Positions 39,466 to 49,728 are shown, counted from the first letter of the stretch. The stretch is 64,000 bases of DNA from Nitrospinales bacterium (GCA_965223795.1 CBDCXL010000002.1:96001-160000), one strand, 5' to 3'. Notes: generated by a model not told the origin, from the sequence alone. Translations and numbers: made by a program.

Positions 39466-40648
39466 TTTTTGAAAGTCTACGGACTGCTTCTCGTTTGATA
39501 TCGGGGGCCAGGTGTGAATAACGCAAAGTCATTTGAATAGATTTGTGACCAGCCAACTCCTGAATGACCTGCAATGGTTCGCCATTTTGGGCGAGCCTTG
39601 AACAGAAGGTATGGCGCAATGAATGAAATACAATTCGATCTCTTCGATCGTTCACACCTTCATTGAAACCCAATTCGGAAATAACGCGCTCGAAAGTGCG
39701 CGATACTTCTTTAATTGGGGCTCCGTTCGTGTCAAGAAAAACAGGCTGGTTTCGCTTCGGGTTTTCAGGCTTTCTGGATGAAAGCATTTTCCTGGCACGT
39801 ACTGTCATGAAAGCTACACGGTTTTGATTATTTTTCGGGTCTCGTACCATAATGGTTTCGTTTCGAAAGTCTAGATCTGCCCAGGTCAGCTTAAAGCACT
39901 CCCCCGCCCTGAGTCCTGAATCTAGACTCAACACTGAAATGTCATGCCATTGCTGGGATCGTTCTTTTAGAGTTTGAAGTAGCAGATTCTCTTCTTCATC
40001 GGAGAGAAACCGTAATCTTTTGTTGTCGGGAATTTGAAGAAATTTACGATCCACACGGGCGGTTTCAGTCACTGGATTTGGGCCGGAATATAGCTCCCAT
40101 CCCGGTGCGCGGTTATACATGGCGCGGATCAAAGTGAGGATATTTTGTATTGATTTAGGGGAAAGTTCTTTTTTTTGAAGGTTTTTTTTGAAACGCTCCA
40201 GAGTAAGGGTCTTTATATCCCGGATTGGGAACTCACCAAGTTCCGGCTCAATATGCCGCTGATACCAACTTTCGTCCTGGCGCCAGCTTTTCTTATTGGC
40301 TTTGCTCCATTCCAAAAACCGCTCCCCCAGAACTGAGAATGGGGTGTTCTCTCTTTCCTTCTCGGCTTGATTCTGGGCCGTTTCCTGGCGGCGGGATTCC
40401 TCAATTTCGCGCTTTTCCCGGAGTGACTGGAATCCTTCCCCCAAGCGGATGTTTTTAAGGATTTCGCCGCGAATACGTGCGGCCTCATCAATGGTATGGC
40501 CCTGGCTTTCCCATCCCAGTGTTTCGGCGATCAACTTCCCATTCCGGCGGTATTGAATGACGATAGAGCGATCTGCCCGGCGCTTGAATTTCCTTTCATG
40601 ATGTTCCCTGAAGCGAACACCTACGAATTTGGTTTTGAACCACTTCAT
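39455..40648 (-). CDS. int: Tyrosine recombinase / phage integrase
   Basis: SGLRAGE (R), DPKN (K), FHSLRHTF, LAGHKSIQMTLRYSH; N-terminal arm-binding-like domain. Confidence 0.96.
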   Translation of the reverse strand: MKWFKTKFVGVRFREHHERKFKRRADRSIVIQYRRNGKLIAETLGWESQGHTIDEAARIRGEILKNIRLGEGFQSLREKREIEESRRQETAQNQAEKERENTPFSVLGERFLEWSKANKKSWRQDESWYQRHIEPELGEFPIRDIKTLTLERFKKNLQKKELSPKSIQNILTLIRAMYNRAPGWELYSGPNPVTETARVDRKFLQIPDNKRLRFLSDEEENLLLQTLKERSQQWHDISVLSLDSGLRAGECFKLTWADLDFRNETIMVRDPKNNQNRVAFMTVRARKMLSSRKPENPKRNQPVFLDTNGAPIKEVSRTFERVISELGFNEGVNDRRDRIVFHSLRHTFCSRLAQNGEPLQVIQELAGHKSIQMTLRYSHLAPDIKREAVRRLSKNEN

Positions 40649-40805
40649 TTTGCCCTTTGGGTGAAAACCTCCAGGTCAGCTTTTACAACTTCCTTACAAC
40701 GAAACTGCATTCCCATTGTTTCCCGGACCTACTCTCAAATCATTTAAAACACTGATTTAATTTATACGGGAAATTATGGGAAAGTCAAGGAATGCAGATA
40801 TTTTA

Positions 40806-40870
<65 letters not shown>

Positions 40871-40907
40871 CCCACATGGGTCAGCCCCTTATTTATTTTC
40901 TAATCGT

Positions 40908-41453
40908 TTAATGTTTTGATGCCGAACTTTTGCCTTTTTTTGAACCCCGGACTTGTGACCTTTTAGAGGCGGTAACTTTACCACCGCCAATCCCTTTGCC
41001 TGTCAGGATGGCATCGGTCCCTCTTGTTGAAACACTCGCTTCCGTTACTCGCTCCCCTTTCCATTGATCCACAATCCAGCGCCCCCCCCTTGATAACACT
41101 TTTGACCGATTCTCTCCTGGATGCGCGGACACATAACTGTCGATATTCTGAAGTATGCTTTTAGGTACCGTTATATTGATTCGAACCGATTTTGACTGAA
41201 CGTTCGATACCTCAACAATAATAGGCGTCGCGTCTCTATTTTCCTTATCTGCCATTATCTCCTCAAGTGACATAGGGATCGGAATTAATTCTCCATCCTC
41301 TTCAAGCCCCTCGATATGAAGTTCGAGTGCTTCTTTAGCACTTTCAGGGATGTCTTCCAGATTTTTTGCTGCCGTGATACAACCCGGGAAGTCCGGGAAA
41401 TCGACGCCATAACCCGACAGTTTTTCTTTTCGTAAAAGTCCGATATATTTCAT
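40908..41453 (-). CDS. hicB: HicB family antitoxin with RHH domain and C-terminal extension
   Basis: YGVDFPDFPGCITA, EALELHIEGL, P.P, VRINITVP...IDSY...NRS. Confidence 0.9.
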   Translation of the reverse strand: MKYIGLLRKEKLSGYGVDFPDFPGCITAAKNLEDIPESAKEALELHIEGLEEDGELIPIPMSLEEIMADKENRDATPIIVEVSNVQSKSVRINITVPKSILQNIDSYVSAHPGENRSKVLSRGGRWIVDQWKGERVTEASVSTRGTDAILTGKGIGGGKVTASKRSQVRGSKKGKSSASKH

Positions 41454-41454
41454 T

Positions 41455-41649
41455 TCAATCTTCCTTCCAACCCGCTTGCCGGTATACGCTTTTCACTGTT
41501 TTGATGGGGATGTCCTTTTGAGGGTGGGGAACTGTAACCCGGCCCGGTTTGGTTTCGTGTTTAAGCTGAAGATGACGCCCCTTCGATTTTACCTGATGCC
41601 AACCCTCTTTTTTCAAGCGAGCAATCAATTTTCTACCCTCAACGATCAT
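41455..41649 (-). CDS. hicA: HicA family mRNA interferase toxin
   Basis: LKKEGWHQVKSKGRHLQLKH..KPGRVTVPHP.KDIPIKTVKSVYRQAG. Confidence 0.92.
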   Translation of the reverse strand: MIVEGRKLIARLKKEGWHQVKSKGRHLQLKHETKPGRVTVPHPQKDIPIKTVKSVYRQAGWKED

Positions 41650-41665
41650 GTGTATATTATACACA
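41649..41665. promoter_or_regulatory. Putative HicB operator overlapping the -10 box
   Basis: TGTGTAT-ATT-ATACACA palindrome containing minus-strand TATAAT, adjacent to the hicA ATG. Confidence 0.65.
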
Positions 41666-41826
41666 CTTTTTTGCCGCCCGCAAAAAACGATCGCCGTTTT
41701 TTATAATTTCGCTCTCCCATGGCCGCAACAGGCCGTTTTCTGGAACTCCCCCGCAACTCAAATCTTGGAACGCAGTGCCCAACAACTGCTTGCGTCCCAC
41801 CGGAAAGGTGGACTTTACCCGGCAGC

Positions 41827-41867
41827 GCAAGAATCGGATTGAGAAAACCGCTGCCGCCGGATACAGT
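41827..41867 (+). promoter_or_regulatory. ada-like promoter with a conserved upstream motif
   Basis: GCAAGAATCGGA directly followed by TTGAGA-17 nt-TACAGT; same 18-mer at 42818. Confidence 0.65.
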
Positions 41868-41897
41868 CAGGGCTGACCTTATTGAGGAAAGCCGTCC

Positions 41898-42767
41898 ATG
41901 CCCAAAACCAGCCAAAAGCAACTGGCGGTCGACTACCAGCGCATCGAGCGGGCGATCCACACTCTTGAAGAGACCGCGCTGGATCAGCCCGACCTCAAGC
42001 AGCTCGCGGCCCGTCTGCACCTGAGCGAATTTCATTTTCAGCGGCTTTTCAGCCGCTGGGCCGGTGTGAGCCCCAAACGGTTCCTGCAGTTTTTGACGCT
42101 CGATCACGCCAAGTCCGTTCTGGCTCGATCGAAGAACCTGCTGGACGTGACGCTGGATTCGGGTCTGTCCAGCGTCAGCAGGCTGCACGACCTGTTTCTG
42201 CAATGCGAGGCGGTGACTCCGGGGGAATACAAAAACCGGGGCCACGGTCTGACGATCGCCTATGGATTTCATGCGAGTCCCTTCGGAGACTGCCTGCTTG
42301 CCGCGACGCAGCGCGGCATCTGCGGATTCCGGTTTGTCCGCTCCGGAGACCGGGACGACGCGCTTGCGGACCTCCGCCGCCGCTGGGGACAGGCGAAACT
42401 GAAAGAGGATCCCACCAGCACAAGCCCGTACCTGGATGTCATTTTCAGCTCGGACTGGAACCGCCCGAAGCCGCTTCACCTTTATGTCAAAGGGACCAAT
42501 TTCCAGATCAAGGTCTGGGAGGCCCTGCTTCGGATACCGCAGGGAGACATGGTCTCGTATCAGGATATCGCCCGTCACCTGGGACTGCCCAGGGCTTCGC
42601 GCGCGGTCGCCAACGCGATTGCACTCAATCCCATCCAATACCTGATCCCCTGCCATCGAGTGATTCAGAGAATGGGAGCGTTCGGCGGCTACCAGGGAGG
42701 TCCGGACAGAAAAAAAGCCCTGCTCGCCTGGGAAGCCGCACAGGCGGAGGCGAGGCAGGCTTTCTAA
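41898..42767 (+). CDS. AraC-HTH plus methylated-DNA-[protein]-cysteine S-methyltransferase (Ada-like, lacking the Zn-binding N-domain)
   Basis: LSEFHFQRLFSRWAGVSPKRF, GTNFQIKVWEAL, RAVANA, IPCHRVI. Confidence 0.93.
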   Translation: MPKTSQKQLAVDYQRIERAIHTLEETALDQPDLKQLAARLHLSEFHFQRLFSRWAGVSPKRFLQFLTLDHAKSVLARSKNLLDVTLDSGLSSVSRLHDLFLQCEAVTPGEYKNRGHGLTIAYGFHASPFGDCLLAATQRGICGFRFVRSGDRDDALADLRRRWGQAKLKEDPTSTSPYLDVIFSSDWNRPKPLHLYVKGTNFQIKVWEALLRIPQGDMVSYQDIARHLGLPRASRAVANAIALNPIQYLIPCHRVIQRMGAFGGYQGGPDRKKALLAWEAAQAEARQAF

Positions 42768-42817
42768 TCCCCCCTGCCCTTTTGTGTTTTCCTTCCATTG
42801 GATTGCACTCAAACTCA

Positions 42818-42859
42818 GCAAGAATCGGATTGAGAGAAATCCCTCCGGAGAGATTTAAT
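42818..42859 (+). promoter_or_regulatory. Second copy of the ada-type promoter motif
   Basis: GCAAGAATCGGATTGAGA then 18 nt to TTTAAT. Confidence 0.6.
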
Positions 42860-42907
42860 GGGACCATGTAGCAGTCATTTTCATGAACCCGTTTCAGGAG
42901 AATTGGA

Positions 42908-43411
42908 ATGAGTAAAACAATCAGCACGTTGATTCTTGGAGTCTGTTCGATCTTTATTTCCACATCCGTTTTCGGCCACGAATTGGGTTCCAACCTCAAG
43001 CCCATCGCGTTTGGTGCGGATCAGACCATCGTCGATTTCACCAAAGTCGCCTGGGAACCTCTGGATGTTGAGGGACTGGATCCGGGCGCTCATATCGCGG
43101 TCATCCGCGGCAATCTGGAGAAAAGCGGCAGTGAGGTGATCCTCAAAGTTCCGGGGGGATACCAGGTGCCGATGCACTCCCACACCAGCGATGAAACCTA
43201 CATCTGGCTGAAAGGCGCCTACACGCTGGTTTCTGAAAACGGCAGGGAGCACTCATTTGCCGGGCCCAGTTACGTCAGCTTTCCCGGCAACGCCCCCAAG
43301 CATGCGCTGACCTGCGATGATGCGAACGGCTGCCTGCTCTACATTCGCTATTCGCGGCCGTTCGATGTGATTTATCAGGATCGAAGGGTGGTGGCTCAAA
43401 AAACGAAATGA
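42908..43411 (+). CDS. Secreted cupin-fold protein (DUF4437-like)
   Basis: Signal peptide, PMHSHTSDE and PKHAL cupin motifs. Confidence 0.75.
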   Translation: MSKTISTLILGVCSIFISTSVFGHELGSNLKPIAFGADQTIVDFTKVAWEPLDVEGLDPGAHIAVIRGNLEKSGSEVILKVPGGYQVPMHSHTSDETYIWLKGAYTLVSENGREHSFAGPSYVSFPGNAPKHALTCDDANGCLLYIRYSRPFDVIYQDRRVVAQKTK

Positions 43412-43707
43412 CTTGATTCGCATTAGCTTTGATTGATCAGCCCCGGTCATGCGATTGCCCCCGTTTCATGGCCGGGGCTTCCTTTCTTTAGAATCCCCGC
43501 AATCCTTTTTCCGGATTCGATTGGCCGTCGCTTTCTTAATCGGCGCCCGCTGACGCTTTCCCCCCGCATGCGAAATCAACATAACCGGCTATGCTTCAAT
43601 ACTTTATCCAAGGGCGGTGGCCTTATCCGGGTTGCTGTGATATATCTGGTCAAAAAGACCAGACACAACTCAAGCGGCCATTCCGTCGATCTGCAAAGGG
43701 TGGTTTT

Positions 43708-44175
43708 ATGCGTTACGCGATCCTGCTTTTATCGATCCTGATGTTCACGACCGGTTTCAAGGTGAAGGGCTTTGAATCGCTGAAACCCTATTCCAAGGAA
43801 ACGGGCCTTTCCGATTGCAAAATCGAGCCCACGGGCATGAAGTGCTACGGCAAGGGCACCATCGCCGGAATCCAGGCTGAGATCGAAGCGTATTACTGGC
43901 CGAGCGCAACGCACCGGTTCGTCCTGGGCGGCGTGATCTTCGATATGGACCCGGCTTACTGGGAGAACCTGATCGAGACGCTGGAGCTGAAGTACGGCCT
44001 GGGGGTGCTGACGGATAAAAGCTGGGTCTGGGAGGATCAGCACGACGTCATCGAAGCGCGCCGGGGGCCGAACCTGAAGGGCAAAATGTGGCTGCACTAT
44101 TTTGACAAGAGAAAATTCGATTTGCGCGATGACATGAAAAACCCGCTGCGCAAAGAACCGCTGGAAGATTTTTGA
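43708..44175 (+). CDS. Hypothetical secreted protein
   Basis: Signal-like N-terminus, host-like codon usage. Confidence 0.65.
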   Translation: MRYAILLLSILMFTTGFKVKGFESLKPYSKETGLSDCKIEPTGMKCYGKGTIAGIQAEIEAYYWPSATHRFVLGGVIFDMDPAYWENLIETLELKYGLGVLTDKSWVWEDQHDVIEARRGPNLKGKMWLHYFDKRKFDLRDDMKNPLRKEPLEDF

Positions 44176-44218
44176 TATCACACGGGAATCCCGTTGCGGT
44201 GCGGGATCATCCCCCCTC

Positions 44219-46303
44219 TTATTCTCCCTCCCGCGCCTCCCCCGCCACTTTCAGCCCCGGATTGCATTGATAAATCTTAAAAGTAAGTATGAAGCGGGAG
44301 CCTTCGTTTTCCCGGCTCTGCACTTCAATGGTGCCGTTGTGGCGGTCGATGATCTTCTTACAGATGGCCAGGCCGATTCCGGTGCCGCTGAATTTGCCCT
44401 TGCCGTGCAGCCTCTCGAAGGGCATGAAAATCTTTTTGATGTATTTTTCGTCAAACCCGATGCCGTTGTCCTGGATGATGATCTGCAGTTTGTCCTTTCC
44501 CGATGGGCGGCTGGATATTTCGACCACGGGCGGCACGCCTTCTTTGTGGTATTTGAGAGAGTTGCTGATCAGGTTCTGCAGCAAATGGCGGATGTGAACG
44601 GGGTCCGCCATCATGCCGGGGATGTTTGCGCAGCGAACGGTTCCTTTCGTTTCGGCGATGCGGCTTTCCAGGTCGATCCGAATCTCCTGCACGATCCGGT
44701 TGATGTCCACCCATTCGAAGGGACGCGTTTCCTGGTTCACTCTCGAATAATCGAGCAGGTCGTCCAGCAGCCGCCCCATCCGCTTGGTGGCGCTTTGCAG
44801 CCGCTCTATATACTCCTTTCCTTTCAAATCGTTCACATTGGCCTTGATCTGCAGGACATCGCCGAAGGCGACGATCTTTCTGAGCGGCTCTTTCAGGTCA
44901 TGGGAAGCGATGTTGACGAAATCCTTCAGCGAAGTGTTGCTCTCTTCCAGTTCCCGGGTGCGCTTTCTGACCAGCGTTTCCAGTTTTTTCTCTGTCTGCT
45001 CGCGTTCCACCACCCGGCCGACCTGGATGCCGATGGTCTTCATCGATTCCAGCAGCCTTTCATCCGGTTCCAGGACCGAACCTGAAAAAAACTCCAGCAC
45101 GGCCACGGTTTTATTTTCAATCACCACGGGAAACGCAAAGCCGGCCCGCACGCCGATCGATTTCGCCAGCCTGAACCTCGGGAAATTGTTGTCCTGGGTG
45201 ACGTCCTTGATCCAGACGGGCTCCTGGGTGGCCAGAACCCGGCCCGGCAATCCGACTCCGGAAAGCATCGGCGTCGATTCGGTGACGGCAATGAAATTTT
45301 TATACTTTTCCCGGTCCTCCACGTACCAGACTTTGCTGGGGATCAGCACCTCACTCCCTTCCTGGAGAACATAAAGGTGGCCCACGGGCCATCCCATCGT
45401 CAGGCAGACCGATTGCAGGCAGGTCTCGGCGACTTCCTCAAGCGTGCGGGACTCGTTTGCCGATATGGCGATGACCTGCAGCAGTTCCTTCAACGCCTGC
45501 TCGTGATTCAGGTTCGTCTCCGCCTGCTTTCTCAGGATGGAGTTTTCCCTGAAGACCCGCAACGCCGAATAGATTGCGCCGATTTCGTCCTTCGTCTTTG
45601 CGGCCGGGATTTCAATGTCCGCATCCTCTCTCGCCAGCTTCAACATTAAATGCGTGGCTTTGTTGAGCGGCTGGATGAGACGGTGGATGCCGATGCCGTA
45701 AAAGCCAAACACCACCAGCACGCCGGAAATGAGAAGCAGGCCGTTCGTGAAAACCATGATGCGGGTGTTTCTGAGCATCAGCTCCTGGGTCTTTTGCGAG
45801 GCACGGGCGTTGACAACATTCTGAAACTGCTTGATGTTTCCCATGATGAGTGCTTTTTGCTCATCATAATAGGGGCCGAACACCAGTTGCCGGGCCCGGT
45901 CCAAATCGTTGCGTTTCACAGCTGCCATGGCGGCTTCTTCTGTCTTGATCAGTTTATCGGAGTACTCTTTGGCTTTTTCAATGAGGGACAGTTCCGAATC
46001 GAGAACGTTCAATTCTTTCAATCTCTCGACCGCCTTGTCGCGCGATCTCGTTTCATGCACTTCGCGCCAGAAATTATCGTGATGGACTGGGTCGCCAAAC
46101 TGAACGTAGCGCCGGATCTCTCCGGTCAGATAATCGGAACCCTGCGCCAGCTGCTCGCCGAGGTTTTTCAGCTCGCGCTGCAACCGAATCGCCTGCTGTT
46201 CCTCTTTGTATCCCGCGTTCAGATCGTAAACCGCGACTCCGACCACGACACACAGGACGAATATGAGAGCCGCCATGGCTCTGAATATTGAAAACAGTGT
46301 CAT
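44219..46303 (-). CDS. Membrane sensor histidine kinase (periplasmic helical sensor, HAMP, GAF, HisKA, HATPase); no adjacent response regulator
   Basis: Two TMs, DEIG, GLPGRV..P.W GAF, ASHDLKEPLRKI, NLISNSLKY, DNGIG, GTGIGLAIC. Confidence 0.93.
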   Translation of the reverse strand: MTLFSIFRAMAALIFVLCVVVGVAVYDLNAGYKEEQQAIRLQRELKNLGEQLAQGSDYLTGEIRRYVQFGDPVHHDNFWREVHETRSRDKAVERLKELNVLDSELSLIEKAKEYSDKLIKTEEAAMAAVKRNDLDRARQLVFGPYYDEQKALIMGNIKQFQNVVNARASQKTQELMLRNTRIMVFTNGLLLISGVLVVFGFYGIGIHRLIQPLNKATHLMLKLAREDADIEIPAAKTKDEIGAIYSALRVFRENSILRKQAETNLNHEQALKELLQVIAISANESRTLEEVAETCLQSVCLTMGWPVGHLYVLQEGSEVLIPSKVWYVEDREKYKNFIAVTESTPMLSGVGLPGRVLATQEPVWIKDVTQDNNFPRFRLAKSIGVRAGFAFPVVIENKTVAVLEFFSGSVLEPDERLLESMKTIGIQVGRVVEREQTEKKLETLVRKRTRELEESNTSLKDFVNIASHDLKEPLRKIVAFGDVLQIKANVNDLKGKEYIERLQSATKRMGRLLDDLLDYSRVNQETRPFEWVDINRIVQEIRIDLESRIAETKGTVRCANIPGMMADPVHIRHLLQNLISNSLKYHKEGVPPVVEISSRPSGKDKLQIIIQDNGIGFDEKYIKKIFMPFERLHGKGKFSGTGIGLAICKKIIDRHNGTIEVQSRENEGSRFILTFKIYQCNPGLKVAGEAREGE

Positions 46304-46610
46304 TCGTTCACCTGGAATCAGGTTTTAAAGAACCTGCGGAGGCATTTCGAATGAAACAACCCTACATGTCCTTAAACGGCGACAAAATCTCAAACCTTAC
46401 AGACTGCATGACATTTCCCCGTATCGAGCGGCCCTCCACGATGCAGCAATTAAATTCAAGACACCGCCGCCGACATCTCCCTGCGCGCCGCCAATGCGCC
46501 GTGTCATCTGGAACTGCCTGCAACAAAATAGCTTGTCGATGAAGACGCAATCCGATAAGGTCGAGACGGGGGCTGATGACGTTGCCTTAAAAAAAATCGA
46601 AGGAGGGACC

Positions 46611-48485
46611 ATGCAGAATTCACGTTGGCTCGGCATGAAAGGATGGTTTGCGTTCACGCTGTTCCTGTTATTGTTCCAGGGTGGCATCACCCAGCCGGAA
46701 GGTGCGGAGATGGTCCGCAAGACGCAGGAAGCGCTGACGCAAAAGGGATTCGATCCGGGCCCGGTGGATGGATTCTGGGGTCCAAAAACCGAAAACGCGT
46801 TGAAGGCATTTCAAGAGAAGATCGGGGTCGCGGCGAACGGGTTTCTGGACCGGGAAACTCGAAAACGCCTGTTCGCTGCGGACACCGGCGCTGCCGCGGA
46901 TACGACGGCCGCCGCGAGCGCTCCGGCGGACACGCCGTCTGACGCCGCCGATGAGGCCGCGCCCGCCCCTCCTGTGGAAGAGAAACCGGAGAGCCTGACC
47001 ACCGCCGAAGAGTCCGCCCCGGCTCCTGCCGCGGAACCGGAAAAGGTAGAAGAACCGGAAGTGGCAAAAGCACCGGAAACAGCCGAAGAGCCCGTCGAAG
47101 AGCCGGTCATGGCAAAAGAGCCGGAAACGGCCAGCGAGCCGCCGCCCGCCCCCAAAATGAAAGCGGCGGCCCAGGCGGTCAAAATATCGGGCCCCTGTCC
47201 GCAGCCGAGAAAAACCAAATCCGCGCCCGCGCACATCGCCAAGCTGGATAAAACCGGCGGCGCGGACCTGGAAAACGGCAAGAAGATCTACCACAAATCC
47301 GCGAAGCCGATGGCCTGCAAGCAGTGCCACGGCGATCAGGGCGACGGCCTGGGCAAGCTGGGCAAGGCGCTCAAACCCAAACCGAGAAACTTCACCTGCG
47401 CCGAAACCATGGAAGGCGTGTCTGTCGGCCAGATGTTCTGGATCATCAAAAACGGCTCCAGCGGAACGGGCATGGTGGGGCATCAAAAAACACTCAAGGA
47501 TAAAGAAATCTGGGATGTGGTGAAATACATCCAGACGACGTACATGGGCGGGGATTCCCAGGCATCGACGGCGACTCCCGCTAAAGCCGCTGAAAGCGCT
47601 GCCGCTCCTGCCCCCGTGAAGGAAAAACCCGCCGCACCGGCCGCACCCGCTGCCAAAGCCGAAACCGCGGCGAAACCACCGGCCGCAGACGCCGGGGCGC
47701 TGGCGGACATCGCGGCCGGACAGACGGCCGCGCCGCCTTCCGGCATCGCGGGAAAAGGAAAATACGAAGCGGTACCGGTGAGCGGCGGCGGGTCGATCAC
47801 CGGCGTGGTCCACTTCGGGGGAACGGTCCCCGCTCCCATCATGGAGGATTTGAGCAAGGGCAAGAATGTGGAGTTCTGCTCGACCCATCCCGACGCTCAG
47901 GGCAACATGCGCCCGCGCCAGAAAGTCGTGGCCGCAGATGGAAAGCTCCGGGACGCGGTGGTGTTCATCCAGAACATCGAGAAGGGAAAGGACTGGCCGG
48001 ACGCCACGATCGATTTCGATTTCAAGTCCTGTGACATTTTCCCCAAAGTGTCGGTGGTCCGCAAAACGCCGAAGAAAATGAAAACCGGGCTGTTGACGAT
48101 CACCAACCAGGACCCGGAGATCCTGCACAACCCGCACGGTTATTCCATCGTCGGGGCCAACCGCAAGACGCTGTTCAACAAACCGCTGCCCTCGAAAGGC
48201 GACGTGGCCGACGTGACCAAATCGTTCAAACGGTTCAAGCCGAAAAAGGACAAGCATTTTTTCCTGCAGTGCGACCAGCACAATTTCATGGAAGCGGACG
48301 CGCGCGTGGTGTGGAATCCGTATTACGCCATCTCCGGGAACGACGGGTCGTTTAAAATCGAAGGGATCCCCGCCGGCAAATACTGGGTGACCGCCTGGCA
48401 TCCGTATGTGGGAGAGGTGAGCCGGGAGGTGACCGTCACGGCAGGGGCCGGTGTTCCGGCCGATTTCCTGCTGGCCGCGAAGTGA
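46611..48485 (+). CDS. Secreted multidomain protein: peptidoglycan-binding domain, c-type cytochrome, carboxypeptidase-regulatory/cupredoxin-like domain
   Basis: GFDPGPVDGFWGPKT, CKQCHG, HNPH...CDQHNFM, GKYWVTAWHP; GGAGG RBS before ATG 46611. Confidence 0.8.
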   Translation: MQNSRWLGMKGWFAFTLFLLLFQGGITQPEGAEMVRKTQEALTQKGFDPGPVDGFWGPKTENALKAFQEKIGVAANGFLDRETRKRLFAADTGAAADTTAAASAPADTPSDAADEAAPAPPVEEKPESLTTAEESAPAPAAEPEKVEEPEVAKAPETAEEPVEEPVMAKEPETASEPPPAPKMKAAAQAVKISGPCPQPRKTKSAPAHIAKLDKTGGADLENGKKIYHKSAKPMACKQCHGDQGDGLGKLGKALKPKPRNFTCAETMEGVSVGQMFWIIKNGSSGTGMVGHQKTLKDKEIWDVVKYIQTTYMGGDSQASTATPAKAAESAAAPAPVKEKPAAPAAPAAKAETAAKPPAADAGALADIAAGQTAAPPSGIAGKGKYEAVPVSGGGSITGVVHFGGTVPAPIMEDLSKGKNVEFCSTHPDAQGNMRPRQKVVAADGKLRDAVVFIQNIEKGKDWPDATIDFDFKSCDIFPKVSVVRKTPKKMKTGLLTITNQDPEILHNPHGYSIVGANRKTLFNKPLPSKGDVADVTKSFKRFKPKKDKHFFLQCDQHNFMEADARVVWNPYYAISGNDGSFKIEGIPAGKYWVTAWHPYVGEVSREVTVTAGAGVPADFLLAAK

Positions 48486-48802
48486 CGTGTTCTGCATGAC
48501 GTCCCGCCCTCCCGGCGCTCCGCCGGGCAGTGGCGGGCGAACCGCTCTTGACGAACAGAAAGCGAAATACATTGAACCGGACGGCCCGGCCGGGCCGTCT
48601 GCAGCGCAGGCACTTCCAAGCCGAACGGAACAGGCCGCCGCCTCCCTCATATTTTATTTGCCCTAAATGCCACTTTATGCAACATTTAGCGTAGATTCTC
48701 GCTTTCGAGCCGGTATTCCCGACGGATTTCAGCGAAATTCGTCGTTTTTTCGATATCACGTTTCAATACGTGGCAGGGCAACTCACTCATCAAGGAGGAA
48801 CA

Positions 48803-49213
48803 ATGACTATTTTGAGGTGGTCGAAAGCTGTGGGAATCATCCCGCTGTTCGCGGTGCTGTTTTTGGCAATGGCCCTTCATGCATCCGCCCCCCTGGCTGA
48901 AGCGGAGCAGGATAAAACCATGGATCTGGTGAAACGCGTGCAAACCGCGCTGGCGGATAAAGGATACAACCCCGGACCGCTGGACGGTTTCTGGGGACCC
49001 AATACTGAAAAGGCGCTCATCAGCTTTCAGGAATCGGAAGGGATCCCGGGTTCTGGAAAACTGGACAAGGCCACGCGAACGCTTTTGTTTGGCAGTTCGG
49101 CCTCAAAACCGGCGATGACCGCACATTCCAGCACGCCCGCGATGGGCGGCGGCGCTCCGGATACAGGAGCGGACGTGCCGGATTCGCAGATCGTCTGGGG
49201 ACGTCATAAATAA
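48803..49213 (+). CDS. Small secreted peptidoglycan-binding domain protein
   Basis: VQTALADKGYNPGPLDGFWGPNTEKALISFQ...GKLD..T; AGGAGG RBS. Confidence 0.85.
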   Translation: MTILRWSKAVGIIPLFAVLFLAMALHASAPLAEAEQDKTMDLVKRVQTALADKGYNPGPLDGFWGPNTEKALISFQESEGIPGSGKLDKATRTLLFGSSASKPAMTAHSSTPAMGGGAPDTGADVPDSQIVWGRHK

Positions 49214-49282
49214 TAGCGCGATCGCCTGCAACCCGGAAGCGTGCGCGCTTCCGGCGTTCCCCGCCTCGCCCCGGAAATCCAT

Positions 49283-49312
49283 AAAAAAAAACCGGGCCCC
49301 GCAGGGCCCGGT
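49283..49312. terminator. Terminator-like hairpin
   Basis: A-run then AACCGGGCCC-CGCA-GGGCCCGGTT (U-tract is on the minus strand). Confidence 0.55.
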
Positions 49313-49728
49313 TCCTCAGTTGCCATCCTTAAGTGTTTCTTTTGGGAAACCATCACGTACACAAACCTGATCGGCAAAACGGCACGGGACTTAAAAAAAA
49401 TCATCACCGCACCTTGTGCCCGCACGCGGCCGCACTGCAAAGGCTGCGTGGCGGCGCCTCACCACCCGGCTTCAATTTCAGCCCGATAGGGCGGTAATCG
49501 ATTTGCTCATGCCACCTTGCACGCCTGTAGACCCAGTGCCGTCGCACCGATGCGCGTTTTCTGTCTGTGAGTCGCGGTGATGCGGTGAAAACATTTTGCG
49601 AGCGATATGCGGATTGGATTAATATGAACCTGACGGCTTGAAGCGATGCCATGCGCTCGCAGGCCGGTTGGCAACGTCGATGCGTTCTGAAAGTTTTATT
49701 CGAACTCCTTCGGTGAAAGGCAGAAAAA

